A DNA stretch of 64,000 nucleotides from Candidatus Latescibacterota bacterium (GCA_963707635.1 OY970173.1:2112001-2176000), one strand, 5' to 3'. Positions 38,995-48,397 are shown, counted from the stretch's first letter. The notes: generated by a model from the letters alone, not told the origin. A program made the numbers and translations.

Positions 38995-40095
38995 TCACGA
39001 GCTGGCGCGCGCGCGGGAGATTCTATCCGACGGCCCGCCCCCGCGACGACTCGAATCTCGTCCCGCGCGCAGCACGGCGCTCACCCGTTCCCGCACGGCA
39101 TCGACCTCGATGCCGTGGAAACACTCGAGCTGGGTGGGACACTCGCGTCGATAGCACGGATTGCAGTGCACCTTGTGCTGGAGGACTTCCACTGTCCGGC
39201 CCAGCGGCGCCGTCCACGCGGGCGACGTGGACCCGAACAATACCACCACCGGCACGCCGAGCGCGGCAGCCACGTGCGGCGCGCCGCTGTCGTTGGCGAC
39301 CAGCGCGCGCGCCGATTCGACCACGGCGAAGAACTCGCCCAGGGTGGTTCGTCCGGCGACGTTCACGACGCCGTCCATGCCGTCCGCGATCTCCGCGCAC
39401 ACGGCGCGGTCACCCGCGCCCCCGCACACGATCACCGGCGCCTCGCGCGTCAAGAGCCGGCACAATGCGCGATATCGCTCGCGCGGCCAGGCCTTCGCCG
39501 GTCCGAACGCGGCGCCCGGAACGACCACCAGATAGTCTCCGCCGCTCACGCCCGCCGACCCCAGCAGCCGCGCCGCCGCCGTGCGCTCGCCGTCGCTCAC
39601 GCGCAGCGCGGGAAGCGGCAGGTCGACCGCGGCGTCGCCCGGGAGGCCCAGCGCCGTCAGCACCCGCCGTGCCACCCGCGCGTAGCTCGTGCCGAGGTGC
39701 ACCTCGCGCGAAGGCGGCCCAAGAGACGCGGTCAACAACGCGCGCCGGGCATCGCTGTCAAAGCCGACGCGATGGCGAACTGCCGCAACGAACCCGGGAA
39801 GCGCGCTTTCGAACGAGGGTGGGAAGAGGGCCACGGCGTCTGTCCCCAGCGCGCGCATGGTGCGCGCGCGCGTCGCGATGCGCCGCAGGCGTCCCGACGC
39901 CGCGTCGACCCAGACTTCGTCGACGCCGTCCACCCCCCAGAACACCCGCGCCACGTAGGGTGCGCTGACCACGACGGTGGTGACGCCGCCTCGCGCCAGG
40001 AGTGCCACGGCCGGCAGGCACATCACCGCGTCGCCCAGCCAGTTGGGGGCTACCGCGACCACCTTCGGGGGCCGGCTGCGCGCGCGCGTCGTCAT
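38995..40095 (-). CDS. waaF: LPS heptosyltransferase II
   Basis: APNWLGDAVM, PGAAFGPAKAWP, NDSGAPHVA, CNPCYRRECP. Confidence 0.85.
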   Translation of the reverse strand: MTTRARSRPPKVVAVAPNWLGDAVMCLPAVALLARGGVTTVVVSAPYVARVFWGVDGVDEVWVDAASGRLRRIATRARTMRALGTDAVALFPPSFESALPGFVAAVRHRVGFDSDARRALLTASLGPPSREVHLGTSYARVARRVLTALGLPGDAAVDLPLPALRVSDGERTAAARLLGSAGVSGGDYLVVVPGAAFGPAKAWPRERYRALCRLLTREAPVIVCGGAGDRAVCAEIADGMDGVVNVAGRTTLGEFFAVVESARALVANDSGAPHVAAALGVPVVVLFGSTSPAWTAPLGRTVEVLQHKVHCNPCYRRECPTQLECFHGIEVDAVRERVSAVLRAGRDSSRRGGGPSDRISRARASS

Positions 40096-41930
40096 ACCGC
40101 CGCGTGGCCGAACTGAATCTGGTAGAGGCGGTGATACACGCCCTGACGATCCATCAGTTCCGCATGGGTTCCGTGCTCGGTCAGGCGCCCGCGGTCGAGC
40201 ACGAGGATGCGGTCGGCGTGGCGGACGGTGGAGAGCCGGTGCGCGATGACGAAGGTCGTCCGTCCCGCGAGCAGGCGATCCATCGCCTCCTGGACCAGCC
40301 GCTCGCTCTCGCTGTCGAGCGCGCTGGTGGCTTCGTCGAAGATGAGGATCTCGGGGTCGCGCAGGATCGCGCGCGCGATCGCGAGCCGCTGGCGCTGCCC
40401 CCCGGAAAGTTGCGCGCCGCGGTCGCCGACCACGGTCTCGTAGCCATTCGGAAGCTCCAGGATGAAGTCGTGCGCGTTCGCCGCCCGCGCGGCCTGCTCC
40501 ACCTGGTCGCGGGTGGCATCCGGCGACCCGTAGACGATGTTGTTGTAGACCGAATCGTTGAAGAGAATCGTCTCCTGGGTCACGATTCCCATCAAGGCGC
40601 GGAGTGAGTGCAGGGTGAACCCGCGCGTGTCTTCGCCGTCGAAGGTGATGCGCCCGCCGGTCGGGGCGTAGAAGCGCGGCACCAGGTCGACGAGGGTGGT
40701 CTTGCCCGCCCCGCTCGAACCCACGATGGCGACGACCTCGCCCTTGCCCGCGCGAAACGAGACGTCGCGCAACACCGGCTCCCCGGCGATGTATTCGAAG
40801 TCGACGTGCTCGAAGCGAATCTCGCGCGCAAAGCGGGCTTCCCGCGCCCCCTCCTCCACCGGCTCCCCGGGCACGTCGAGCAGGCCGAAGATCCGCTGCG
40901 CCGACGCGACCGACTGCTGCACCACCGTGCTGAGCTTGCTCAGGTTCTTCAGCGGCGTGAGCACGAACAGCATCGCCGCCACGAACATCACCAGGTTCTC
41001 CGCCGGCAGCGAGCCATCGAGCACCCGGCGCCCGCCGTACCACAGCACCACCGTGAACGACAGCGTTCCCAGCATCTCGGAGGCGGGGGCCGAGAGCGCG
41101 GCGTACATGGTCATGCGGATGTAGTGGATCATGTGCCGGTGGCTCGCGCGGCCGAACCGCTCTTGCTCGTGCTCGTGGGTGCCGAACGACTTGACCACGC
41201 GCACGCCTGCGATGGCCTCCTCGAGGTTGGCGGTCATGTCCGCCATTCCCTCCTGCGCGCGGCGGCTCCGGCGCTTGAGCTTGCGGCCGACCAGGTCGAC
41301 GAGCACCACGTTCACCGGCACGATACAAAGGACCAACAGCGTCAGGCGCCAGCTCACCGTCAAAATGATGAACAGCGCGACCGCCGTCATCAGCACGTTG
41401 CGCAATACGCTGGCTGCGACCCCGATGACGGCGCCGCGCAGCAGGGTGACGTCGTTGGTCACCTTCGAGATCAGGTGCCCCGAACGTTCCCGGTCGAAGT
41501 AGGAGAGCGGGAGCTCGAGGATGTGCGCGTACACGTCGCGCCGGATCCGGAACAGCACCTTCTGCTCCAGGTACTCGGTGAAGTAGGTCTGCACGTAGCC
41601 GAACACATTCTTGGCCACCATCAACGCCAGCAGGAGCCAGATGAATCGCATCAGGCGTGCATCGGCGTCGCCCGCGTACATCCAGCCCTCGAACGCCGCC
41701 TTCGACGCGAGGCGCGCCCGCTCGACGACGTGCGGGAGCGGGAGCCCCTCGCCGGGGCCCGCGTCCGTGACCGCCGGCGGGTCGCGGTCGAGAATGACGC
41801 GCAAAAACGGCGGGATCAGGGTGAGCGAGATCCCGGAGAGCGACGCGAACAACGCGATCACGCACGAAAGCACGAGCATTCGCTTCCAGTACGGACGCAC
41901 GTAGGCGAGCAGCCGGAGGTAGGTCTTCAT
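40092..41930 (-). CDS. msbA: Lipid A-core flippase, MsbA-type ABC exporter
   Basis: TMD+NBD, GSSGAGKTT, LSGGQRQR, DEATSALD, IAHRLST. Sits in the LPS operon. Confidence 0.85.
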   Translation of the reverse strand: MKTYLRLLAYVRPYWKRMLVLSCVIALFASLSGISLTLIPPFLRVILDRDPPAVTDAGPGEGLPLPHVVERARLASKAAFEGWMYAGDADARLMRFIWLLLALMVAKNVFGYVQTYFTEYLEQKVLFRIRRDVYAHILELPLSYFDRERSGHLISKVTNDVTLLRGAVIGVAASVLRNVLMTAVALFIILTVSWRLTLLVLCIVPVNVVLVDLVGRKLKRRSRRAQEGMADMTANLEEAIAGVRVVKSFGTHEHEQERFGRASHRHMIHYIRMTMYAALSAPASEMLGTLSFTVVLWYGGRRVLDGSLPAENLVMFVAAMLFVLTPLKNLSKLSTVVQQSVASAQRIFGLLDVPGEPVEEGAREARFAREIRFEHVDFEYIAGEPVLRDVSFRAGKGEVVAIVGSSGAGKTTLVDLVPRFYAPTGGRITFDGEDTRGFTLHSLRALMGIVTQETILFNDSVYNNIVYGSPDATRDQVEQAARAANAHDFILELPNGYETVVGDRGAQLSGGQRQRLAIARAILRDPEILIFDEATSALDSESERLVQEAMDRLLAGRTTFVIAHRLSTVRHADRILVLDRGRLTEHGTHAELMDRQGVYHRLYQIQFGHAAV

Positions 41931-41990
41931 GCCAATCGGCCCCGGCAGCCCGGGGCCAGGGGACAATATGGAGCAAAGGAGCGATCGGCG

Positions 41991-43082
41991 CTAGCGCGCC
42001 GAGAGGTGCAGGAGCGTGTCGACCTTGGAGCAAACCTCTTCAACCGACACCTGCTGGCCCCGCACACCCTGAATGATCTGCACCCAGGGGGTGGATTTTG
42101 GAAACCAGTTGGGACCATCGAAACGCGTGAAGAACCCGATGGTGGGCCGGTGCATGCCCACGGCGCAGTGGAAGAAATCCGTATTGCCCGCCAAGACTAG
42201 ATCGGCGCGCGACAGGAGCGCAAGCGCTTCCTTGACGTTCTTGGGCTCCAGGTCGATCAAGTCGGCGTTCAAGAGCGATCGAAAGCGGGCCATCCCCTTC
42301 GCGTCGAGGTTGTTGGAGAGCACGATCACCTTCGCGCCGTGACGGCGCGCGACCTCGTTGGCGATGTACGCGAGCGCCGTGTCGACCAGGCGATGGCGAC
42401 CCTTGCCGACCCCCGGGTCGACCACTAGGAGCATCGTGTCCTTGTCGGGCTTGCGGAAGTGGATCATCTGCGACGCCCAGCGCGCGTCGGTTTCCGGCAG
42501 CCGCCAGGCCGGCACGGAATCCCCCGGGCTCTGGCCCAGCACCGAGAGGAAGCTCAGCGACCGCGGCGCCTCGTACTGCGCCTGCCCGGACGGGCGGATC
42601 TCGCAGTTGACGAACGGATAGGTGAATCGCTGCGAGAAGCCGACGCGCAGGCGCGCGCGCGAGTACAGCGCCACCATCGAGCGCGCAAAGCTGAATTCGC
42701 GTCCCAGCAGGAAGACGATGTCGAACCCGCGCCCCTTGATGCGTTTCAGGAGCGCCAGGTAGGCGGTGGAGAGAAACGACAGCTGGTCTTCCTCGTACGA
42801 AATGATCTCACTGATCTGCTCGAGCGTGCGGAGCATCTCCCCGTTGCCGTGGCGCACGAGCACGGTGAACTTCATGCCCGGGTAGCGGTGCTTGAGGTGG
42901 TTTAAGACCGGGGCGAAGAAGAGCAGTTCCGTCAGGTCGCCGGAGTCGACGACGAGGACGCGGCTGGTGTTGTTGATGTCGCGCGGCAGCGAGAACGACT
43001 CGCGCCGAACCATCCGGCCCAGGATGGGGGTAAGCATCCCCACCATCTGGTCGCGGCGTTCTGTCAGGGTGGTGGTGGTCAC
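41991..43082 (-). CDS. Atypical GT9-fold protein
   Basis: GT9-like layout (RVLVV...P.L..LK..YP, RVGF, ADLVLA...H.A....PT) with non-canonical motifs. Start uncertain. Confidence 0.7.
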   Translation of the reverse strand: MTTTTLTERRDQMVGMLTPILGRMVRRESFSLPRDINNTSRVLVVDSGDLTELLFFAPVLNHLKHRYPGMKFTVLVRHGNGEMLRTLEQISEIISYEEDQLSFLSTAYLALLKRIKGRGFDIVFLLGREFSFARSMVALYSRARLRVGFSQRFTYPFVNCEIRPSGQAQYEAPRSLSFLSVLGQSPGDSVPAWRLPETDARWASQMIHFRKPDKDTMLLVVDPGVGKGRHRLVDTALAYIANEVARRHGAKVIVLSNNLDAKGMARFRSLLNADLIDLEPKNVKEALALLSRADLVLAGNTDFFHCAVGMHRPTIGFFTRFDGPNWFPKSTPWVQIIQGVRGQQVSVEEVCSKVDTLLHLSAR

Positions 43083-43112
43083 GGTGGGTTCCCGTCGAAA
43101 CGCCTATAGCTG

Positions 43113-43128
43113 TGCAAGATAGAGGCCA
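43113..43128 (-). promoter_or_regulatory. sigma54 promoter candidate upstream of the LPS core/msbA operon
   Basis: TGGCCTCTATCTTGCA (TGGC-N7-TTGCA) in an 80-nt intergenic gap. Confidence 0.65.
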
Positions 43129-43162
43129 GTTACCCGGTCGGGCTTCTGGAGAGAGCGCACCC

Positions 43163-45529
43163 TTATTCCTTCTCCCAGACCAGGGTCCGGTCGAGGGCCT
43201 CACTGGCCCGGTGCATGGCGACCAACTTCAAGTCTTTCTTGATGATATCGGGGATCTCGTCCAGGTCCCGCCGGTTGGCGTCCGGGAACAGGACGGTCCG
43301 GATCCCGGCCCGGTGGGCGGCGATCACCTTGTCCTTGAGACCCCCGATGGCCAGGACCTGGCCCGTCAGCGTGATCTCCCCGGTCATGGCGAAGTCGTTG
43401 CGGACCGGACGGTCGAACAGGAGCGACGCGATCGTGACCGCGATCGCCACCCCGGCGCTGGGGCCGTCCTTGGGGACCGATCCGGCCGGCACGTGGATGT
43501 GGATGTCGTGCGTCTCGAAGAAATCGCGTTCCTTCGCCTTCGCGAGGTAGTGCGACGCGACGTACGACAGCGCGGCCTCCGCGCTCTCGCGCATCACATC
43601 GCCGAGCTGTCCGGTCAGACGCAGCCGGCCCGCGCCCTTCATCTTCACCGCCTCGATGAACAGGATCTCGCCGCCGTCGAAGGTCTTGGCCAGCCCGGTC
43701 ACCACGCCCACCGTGGGACGCTTGCGGGCGATCTCGCTGTGGTACTCCTCCTGCCCCAGGAACGTCGACACGCTGCGCTCGGTGATGCGCACCGGGCGCT
43801 TGTTCCCGCTCGCGATGCGGCGCGCGATCTTGCGGCAGATCGCCCCGTGCTTGCGCTCGAGCTCGCGCACGCCGGCCTCGCGCGTGTAGCGACGAATGAT
43901 CTGCCGGTGCCCTTCGTCGGTCACCTTCAAGAGCTTGGGCGGAATGCCGTTCTCGTCCATCTGCCGCGGCAGCAGGTATTTCTTCGCAATCTCGAGTTTG
44001 TCCAGGGTGATGTAGCCCGGGATCTCGATCACCTCCATGCGATCGAGCAGCGGCCGCGGGATGGAATCGAGCACGTTCGCGGTGGCGATGAACAGGACCT
44101 TCGAGAGGTCGAAGGGAATGTTGAGATAGTGATCCTCGAACGAGTCGTTCTGCGCCGGGTCGAGGACCTCCAGCAGCGCCGCGGCCGGGTCGCCGCGGAA
44201 ATCGGCGCCCAGCTTGTCGATCTCGTCCAGCATGAAGACGGGGTTGTTGCTCCCCGCGGTGCGCATCCCCTGCAGGATCCGCCCCGGCAGCGCCCCGATG
44301 TAGGTGCGCCGGTGGCCGCGGATCTCGGCTTCGTCGCGCATCCCCCCGAGCGAAATGCGTACGAACTTCCTCCCCATCGCGCGGGCGATCGACTTCCCCA
44401 GCGAGGTCTTGCCCACCCCGGGCGGCCCCGCGAAACAGATGATCGACCCCTTCATCGACTGCTTGAGTTTCTTCACCGACAGGAACTCGAGGATGCGCTC
44501 CTTCACGCGCTCGAGGTCGTAGTGATCCTCGTTGAGGATCTTCTCCGCCTCCGCGACGTCGAGGCTGTCGTCGGTCGACACGCTCCAGGGCAGATCCAGG
44601 ATCCAGTCGATGTAGGTCTTCGAGACCGTGTACTCCGCCGCCCCCGGCGACATTTTCTGCAGGCGATCGAGTTCCTTGAGCGCGACCTCGTGGACGCTTT
44701 CGGGCAGCTTGGCCGCGTCGATCTTGGTGCGCAGCTCCTCGGTCTCCACCGTGCGGTCGTCCTCCTCGCCGAGCTCGCGCCGGATGGCCTTCAGCTGCTG
44801 GCGCAGGTAGTACTCGCGCTGCTCGCGATCCATTTCGCGCTTCACGTCCGCCTGGAGTTTCTTGCCGAGCTTCTGCACTTCCATCTCGTCGGCGAGAAAA
44901 CGGGCGAGCAGCTTCAGGCGTTCGGTGGCGTCGACCTCCTCGAGCAGCTTCTGCTTGCGATCGAGCTCGATGTTGAGGTTGGTCGCCACCACGTCGGCGA
45001 GGCGCCCGCCTTCCTTGATGTTGTTGATGATGATCTTCAGTTCGTCCGCGAGCGTGTCGGAGTCGTCCACCATCTTGGTGAAGGTCCGGATCACGTTCTG
45101 GACGTAGGCCTTGTGCACGTCGCTGTCGCGCTCCAGCTCGGCCAGCGGCCGGACGCGGCCCTTGAGGTACGGGACCACCTGGGTCACCTCGTCGAGGCGG
45201 ATGCGCCCGATCCCCTGCGCCAGCAGGCGCATTTCCCCGTTCGGGAAGCGAATCATCTTCTGGATCTGGATCGCGGTCCCCACCTTATAAATGTCGTCCG
45301 GCCCCGGCTGCTCGGTCTCCGGGTTGCGCTGGGTGAAGGCGCCGATGATCTTGTGTTCGGCGAGGGCCTCGTCGGCCAGCCGCAGCAGGTTGGGGTCCCG
45401 CAGGATCAGCGGGACCATCATCAGCGGAAACACGACCGCGTCGTTGATGGGCAGGATGGCGAGCTCGCTCGGAATGCTGCTCGTCGCAACACCCGGCTCC
45501 TCGAACTCGAGAGTGCTCCGCGATTTCAC
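43163..45529 (-). CDS. lon: ATP-dependent Lon protease
   Basis: LON N-domain, GPPGVGKT, DEIDK, HRRTYIGA, catalytic PKDGPSAG and IGGLKDK. GGAGGAG RBS. Confidence 0.97.
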   Translation of the reverse strand: MKSRSTLEFEEPGVATSSIPSELAILPINDAVVFPLMMVPLILRDPNLLRLADEALAEHKIIGAFTQRNPETEQPGPDDIYKVGTAIQIQKMIRFPNGEMRLLAQGIGRIRLDEVTQVVPYLKGRVRPLAELERDSDVHKAYVQNVIRTFTKMVDDSDTLADELKIIINNIKEGGRLADVVATNLNIELDRKQKLLEEVDATERLKLLARFLADEMEVQKLGKKLQADVKREMDREQREYYLRQQLKAIRRELGEEDDRTVETEELRTKIDAAKLPESVHEVALKELDRLQKMSPGAAEYTVSKTYIDWILDLPWSVSTDDSLDVAEAEKILNEDHYDLERVKERILEFLSVKKLKQSMKGSIICFAGPPGVGKTSLGKSIARAMGRKFVRISLGGMRDEAEIRGHRRTYIGALPGRILQGMRTAGSNNPVFMLDEIDKLGADFRGDPAAALLEVLDPAQNDSFEDHYLNIPFDLSKVLFIATANVLDSIPRPLLDRMEVIEIPGYITLDKLEIAKKYLLPRQMDENGIPPKLLKVTDEGHRQIIRRYTREAGVRELERKHGAICRKIARRIASGNKRPVRITERSVSTFLGQEEYHSEIARKRPTVGVVTGLAKTFDGGEILFIEAVKMKGAGRLRLTGQLGDVMRESAEAALSYVASHYLAKAKERDFFETHDIHIHVPAGSVPKDGPSAGVAIAVTIASLLFDRPVRNDFAMTGEITLTGQVLAIGGLKDKVIAAHRAGIRTVLFPDANRRDLDEIPDIIKKDLKLVAMHRASEALDRTLVWEKE

Positions 45530-45578
45530 CGATTGCTCCTCCGGGCCGGCACCCGCGTGCGCGCGGGTCGGCGGCGCG

Positions 45579-46037
45579 TCATTCGATGGCCACCCGGCGT
45601 CGTCCCGGGCTCTCGTTCTTCTTCTGCAGGCGAATCTCGAGCAGGCCGTTCGCGTAGCGCGTCGACAGACTCTGGCTGTCTACCGGCACCGGAATGCCGA
45701 TCAGGCGCTGAAACGGCCCCACCTGGATCTCGAGGGAATGAAATTGCTTCTTTCCGGGGGGGATCAAGTCTTTGCGGACACCGCTGATGCGGACGATGTT
45801 GCCGTCAGTGACGACCGTGATGTCACTGCGCTCCATTCCGGAGATATCCATGATCACGATGAACTCGGTGTCGGTTTCGAAGACGTTCATCGGCGGTTCC
45901 CACCCGAAGCTGGTCTTCATCTTGATCTTGTGCTTCGCGGGGGTGTGCTCGGACATCAGCATCTCGAGCAGTTCCCGGATGTTGTCGAACTCGTTCGTGC
46001 GGTAGGCAATCCGCGCGTGGCTCATCTTCGGGATCAT
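45579..46037 (-). CDS. Hsp20/alpha-crystallin small heat-shock protein
   Basis: WEPPMNVFET, DISGM, ISGVR, GPFQR.I..P..VD, YANGLLEIRL.K. Upstream of lon. Confidence 0.9.
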   Translation of the reverse strand: MIPKMSHARIAYRTNEFDNIRELLEMLMSEHTPAKHKIKMKTSFGWEPPMNVFETDTEFIVIMDISGMERSDITVVTDGNIVRISGVRKDLIPPGKKQFHSLEIQVGPFQRLIGIPVPVDSQSLSTRYANGLLEIRLQKKNESPGRRRVAIE

Positions 46038-46110
46038 GGATCTCCCCTCCTCACGAGGGCAATAAAGGCATAACCAGCGACGCCGCCGTGCATTACAACG
46101 GCTGGCGTTG

Positions 46111-46140
46111 ACAATACCGGCGGCGAACGAGCGGTGTCAA
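46111..46140 (-). promoter_or_regulatory. Candidate sigma70 promoter for hsp20-lon
   Basis: TTGACA-N18-TATTGT. Confidence 0.5.
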
Positions 46141-46190
46141 GCAAAGCCGGCCCGCCGCAGGCGGCAACCGCGGCAACGGCTTCGCCGGCG

Positions 46191-46664
46191 TCAGGGGGAA
46201 CGCAGCGACGGCTGGGTGACGCCCCGCGCCCAGGCCGGGAGCGGAGGCGGGGAATCGGGGTGGAGCGCGTCCACCGGGTCGCCGGAGGCAACGTTGCGGC
46301 TGGATTCCCATTCCACCAGCTCGTTGCCGACGAACACGAACTCGTAGCGGACCCAGTCGACCGCGTTGTCGTCGAGGAGCACGTAGCCCCAGCGTTCCCG
46401 GTTGCGGAGCGTAGAGACCGAACGCTCATCGGGAATTCCCCAGGATGCCAGCACTTCGTAGAGGCTCATCCCCTTGACGATTTCACTGCGGACGATGTGG
46501 TCGTTGTAGCGGCCATCCGGGTAGAAGCGAAGGTACTCCTCGCGGATCTGACGGATGGCGGCGGTTTCGGTCCGCGACGGGGGCGACGACGCGCACGCGG
46601 GCAGCGCGAGTGCAATCAACCACAACCATCGTGCGCGAACGCGACGAGCTGCGCGGGGACGCAT
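46191..46664 (-). CDS. Lipoprotein of unknown function (BamE/SmpA-like motif)
   Basis: Lipobox ALPAC, KGMS..EV..SWG.P...ERWGY. GAGGAGG RBS. Confidence 0.7.
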   Translation of the reverse strand: MRPRAARRVRARWLWLIALALPACASSPPSRTETAAIRQIREEYLRFYPDGRYNDHIVRSEIVKGMSLYEVLASWGIPDERSVSTLRNRERWGYVLLDDNAVDWVRYEFVFVGNELVEWESSRNVASGDPVDALHPDSPPPLPAWARGVTQPSLRSP

Positions 46665-46767
46665 GGGGGCCTCCTCAAGGTGCGATTTCCGGTAATGCCG
46701 CGCGATGGCGCGCGCGCGCGAGTTCTATCCGGCCGTGCCGAACGTGCTCCGGTGTGGCGGACACGCT

Positions 46768-46783
46768 TGCACAAAGCGTCCCA
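46768..46783 (-). promoter_or_regulatory. sigma54 promoter candidate upstream of the lipoprotein gene
   Basis: TGGGACGCTTTGTGCA, very similar to the prkA site TGGTACGCTTTTTGC. Confidence 0.55.
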
Positions 46784-46799
46784 ATTGCGCGGGTGCGCG

Positions 46800-48317
46800 C
46801 TAGTCTTTTCGGAAGAAATGAATCGCGGTGACGCCGGCGAACTCGAGAGTCTCGGCCGGACGGTAGCGGGACTGGATCTCGGCCAGCACACGCCCGTCGA
46901 AGTCATCGACCCACGGGCGCGCGCGGATGTACCACAGCGACGCGCACGACGCGGACATGTCGGAGAGCTGCCGGTCCATCACGGCCGGGGCGTCGCGGTA
47001 CACGTAGTGGAGGGGCGCGTCGCTCTCCCGATAGTGCGCCACGATCTGCCAGACCGTGGGCGCGAACAGGCACTCGCCGGGCGCGAGCCGCTCCTCTACC
47101 GCGCGCACGGCGCCGCGGACGTCCTCCTTCGCGTAGGCGGGATCGAAGTAGTGGTTCTCGAGCGACAGCGCGCACGTGCCCAGCGCGAGCGCGGCCGGAA
47201 CCCAGGCCCGCGCGCGTCCCAGCACCTCGATGCCCACCGCCGCCAAAGCGAGATACGCGGGCAACCCCACCAGCACGTAGCGCGCGTTGAACGCCTTTGC
47301 GTTCTGCCAGTTCAGCACCAGGGTCGCGGCCAGCGGGACGACGATGAAGGCGAGCATTTCCACCACGCTTCCCCACCCGAACCGGCGCGCACCTCCGACG
47401 CACCCCGCCACCAACAGCGCGCCGAATACCGCCGCCACCCACACCACCGTGGCGGCGTGGCGTTGGAGCACGGCTGCCAGCGACGCGTCGTCGTGGAGCT
47501 CGCGCAGCGACGGGCCGAGGGTGAATCCCACGCTGTAGGTGTACGCGAGATACGGAACCGACTCCAGGCGAACGGTGGTGTCGCCCCGCAACCGCTGCGC
47601 GGGTTCGATCTCGCCCGGAAGCACCGGCGTCGCCAGCCGGGAAAAGTCGACGTAGGTCGTTACCCGGTAGATCCACGGGGAGATCAGCGCCGCCGCCAGC
47701 GCGACCGTTACCGCCCAGCGCGCCCAGCTCGTCCGCGTCCACCCGCCGCGCCGCAGCCAGACCAGCGACTGCACCGCCAGCGCGAACACGGTCGAGAAAT
47801 TCGAGAGCGCTGCCGCGGCCACGCACGCGGCGATCGCGAGCGCGCGCGCCGGCGACCAGCGTGCCAGCGCGCGGTCGATCTGCACGCAGCCCAGCAGCAC
47901 GAAAAAGACGGCGAACGCGTAGTTGCGGAGCTCCTGCGAGTAGTAGACGTGGAGTGGATTGACCGCCAGCAGCAGCGCCGACCAGAGCGCCACCCGGTCG
48001 CCGAAGCGCGGCCGCGTCCACGCGAACAGGAGCGGCACCGACGCGGTGCCCGCCAGTGCGCTCGGGAGGCGCAGCCACCCGTCGGACTCGTTCACGGCGC
48101 GAAACAGGAATACGACGAAGGTGTGGAGCGGTCCGTGCACGTTGTGCAGGAGCAGTTGCCAGATGGGGTAGCCCGGCTTGGGCGTGGCCACCGTGAGCGT
48201 GAGCATCTCGTCCACCCACAGACTCTGGTGGCCGAGATGAAAGAGGCGCAGGATCGCGGCGAGCGCCACGATGGCGGCGAGCAGCGCGCGCGTGCGATTG
48301 GCGGGATGGGCGTTCAT
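46800..48317 (-). CDS. GT-C glycosyltransferase (PMT_2/ArnT-like, GT39/83)
   Basis: LRLFHLGHQSLWVDE, HGPLH, LRLPS, YYSQELRNY. Multiple TM helices. Confidence 0.85.
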   Translation of the reverse strand: MNAHPANRTRALLAAIVALAAILRLFHLGHQSLWVDEMLTLTVATPKPGYPIWQLLLHNVHGPLHTFVVFLFRAVNESDGWLRLPSALAGTASVPLLFAWTRPRFGDRVALWSALLLAVNPLHVYYSQELRNYAFAVFFVLLGCVQIDRALARWSPARALAIAACVAAAALSNFSTVFALAVQSLVWLRRGGWTRTSWARWAVTVALAAALISPWIYRVTTYVDFSRLATPVLPGEIEPAQRLRGDTTVRLESVPYLAYTYSVGFTLGPSLRELHDDASLAAVLQRHAATVVWVAAVFGALLVAGCVGGARRFGWGSVVEMLAFIVVPLAATLVLNWQNAKAFNARYVLVGLPAYLALAAVGIEVLGRARAWVPAALALGTCALSLENHYFDPAYAKEDVRGAVRAVEERLAPGECLFAPTVWQIVAHYRESDAPLHYVYRDAPAVMDRQLSDMSASCASLWYIRARPWVDDFDGRVLAEIQSRYRPAETLEFAGVTAIHFFRKD

Positions 48318-48397
48318 GCGTCGCGCCGCCGTGACAACGCGCCGCTCGCCGGCGTGCTATACTCCACCACCGTGCGGCCCTCCGATCCGCGCGTGTC

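Noticed and set aside
38995..42033. Apparent 1012-aa fusion ORF ending in WaaF (likewise the extended ORFs 15926-18274, 19575-21743, 21783-24071 and 33540-35405)
   Set aside because: The upstream parts are alternate-frame read-through of neighbouring genes. The real starts overlap the upstream stop codons, so no fusion or frameshift is needed.
43112..45787. 891-aa plus-strand ORF, and similar long Arg/Ala/Pro-rich ORFs throughout (e.g. 16900-19395, 46134-48401, 48760-51030)
   Set aside because: They lie antisense to or out of frame with clear genes, have no motifs, and are expected from stop-codon scarcity at high GC.
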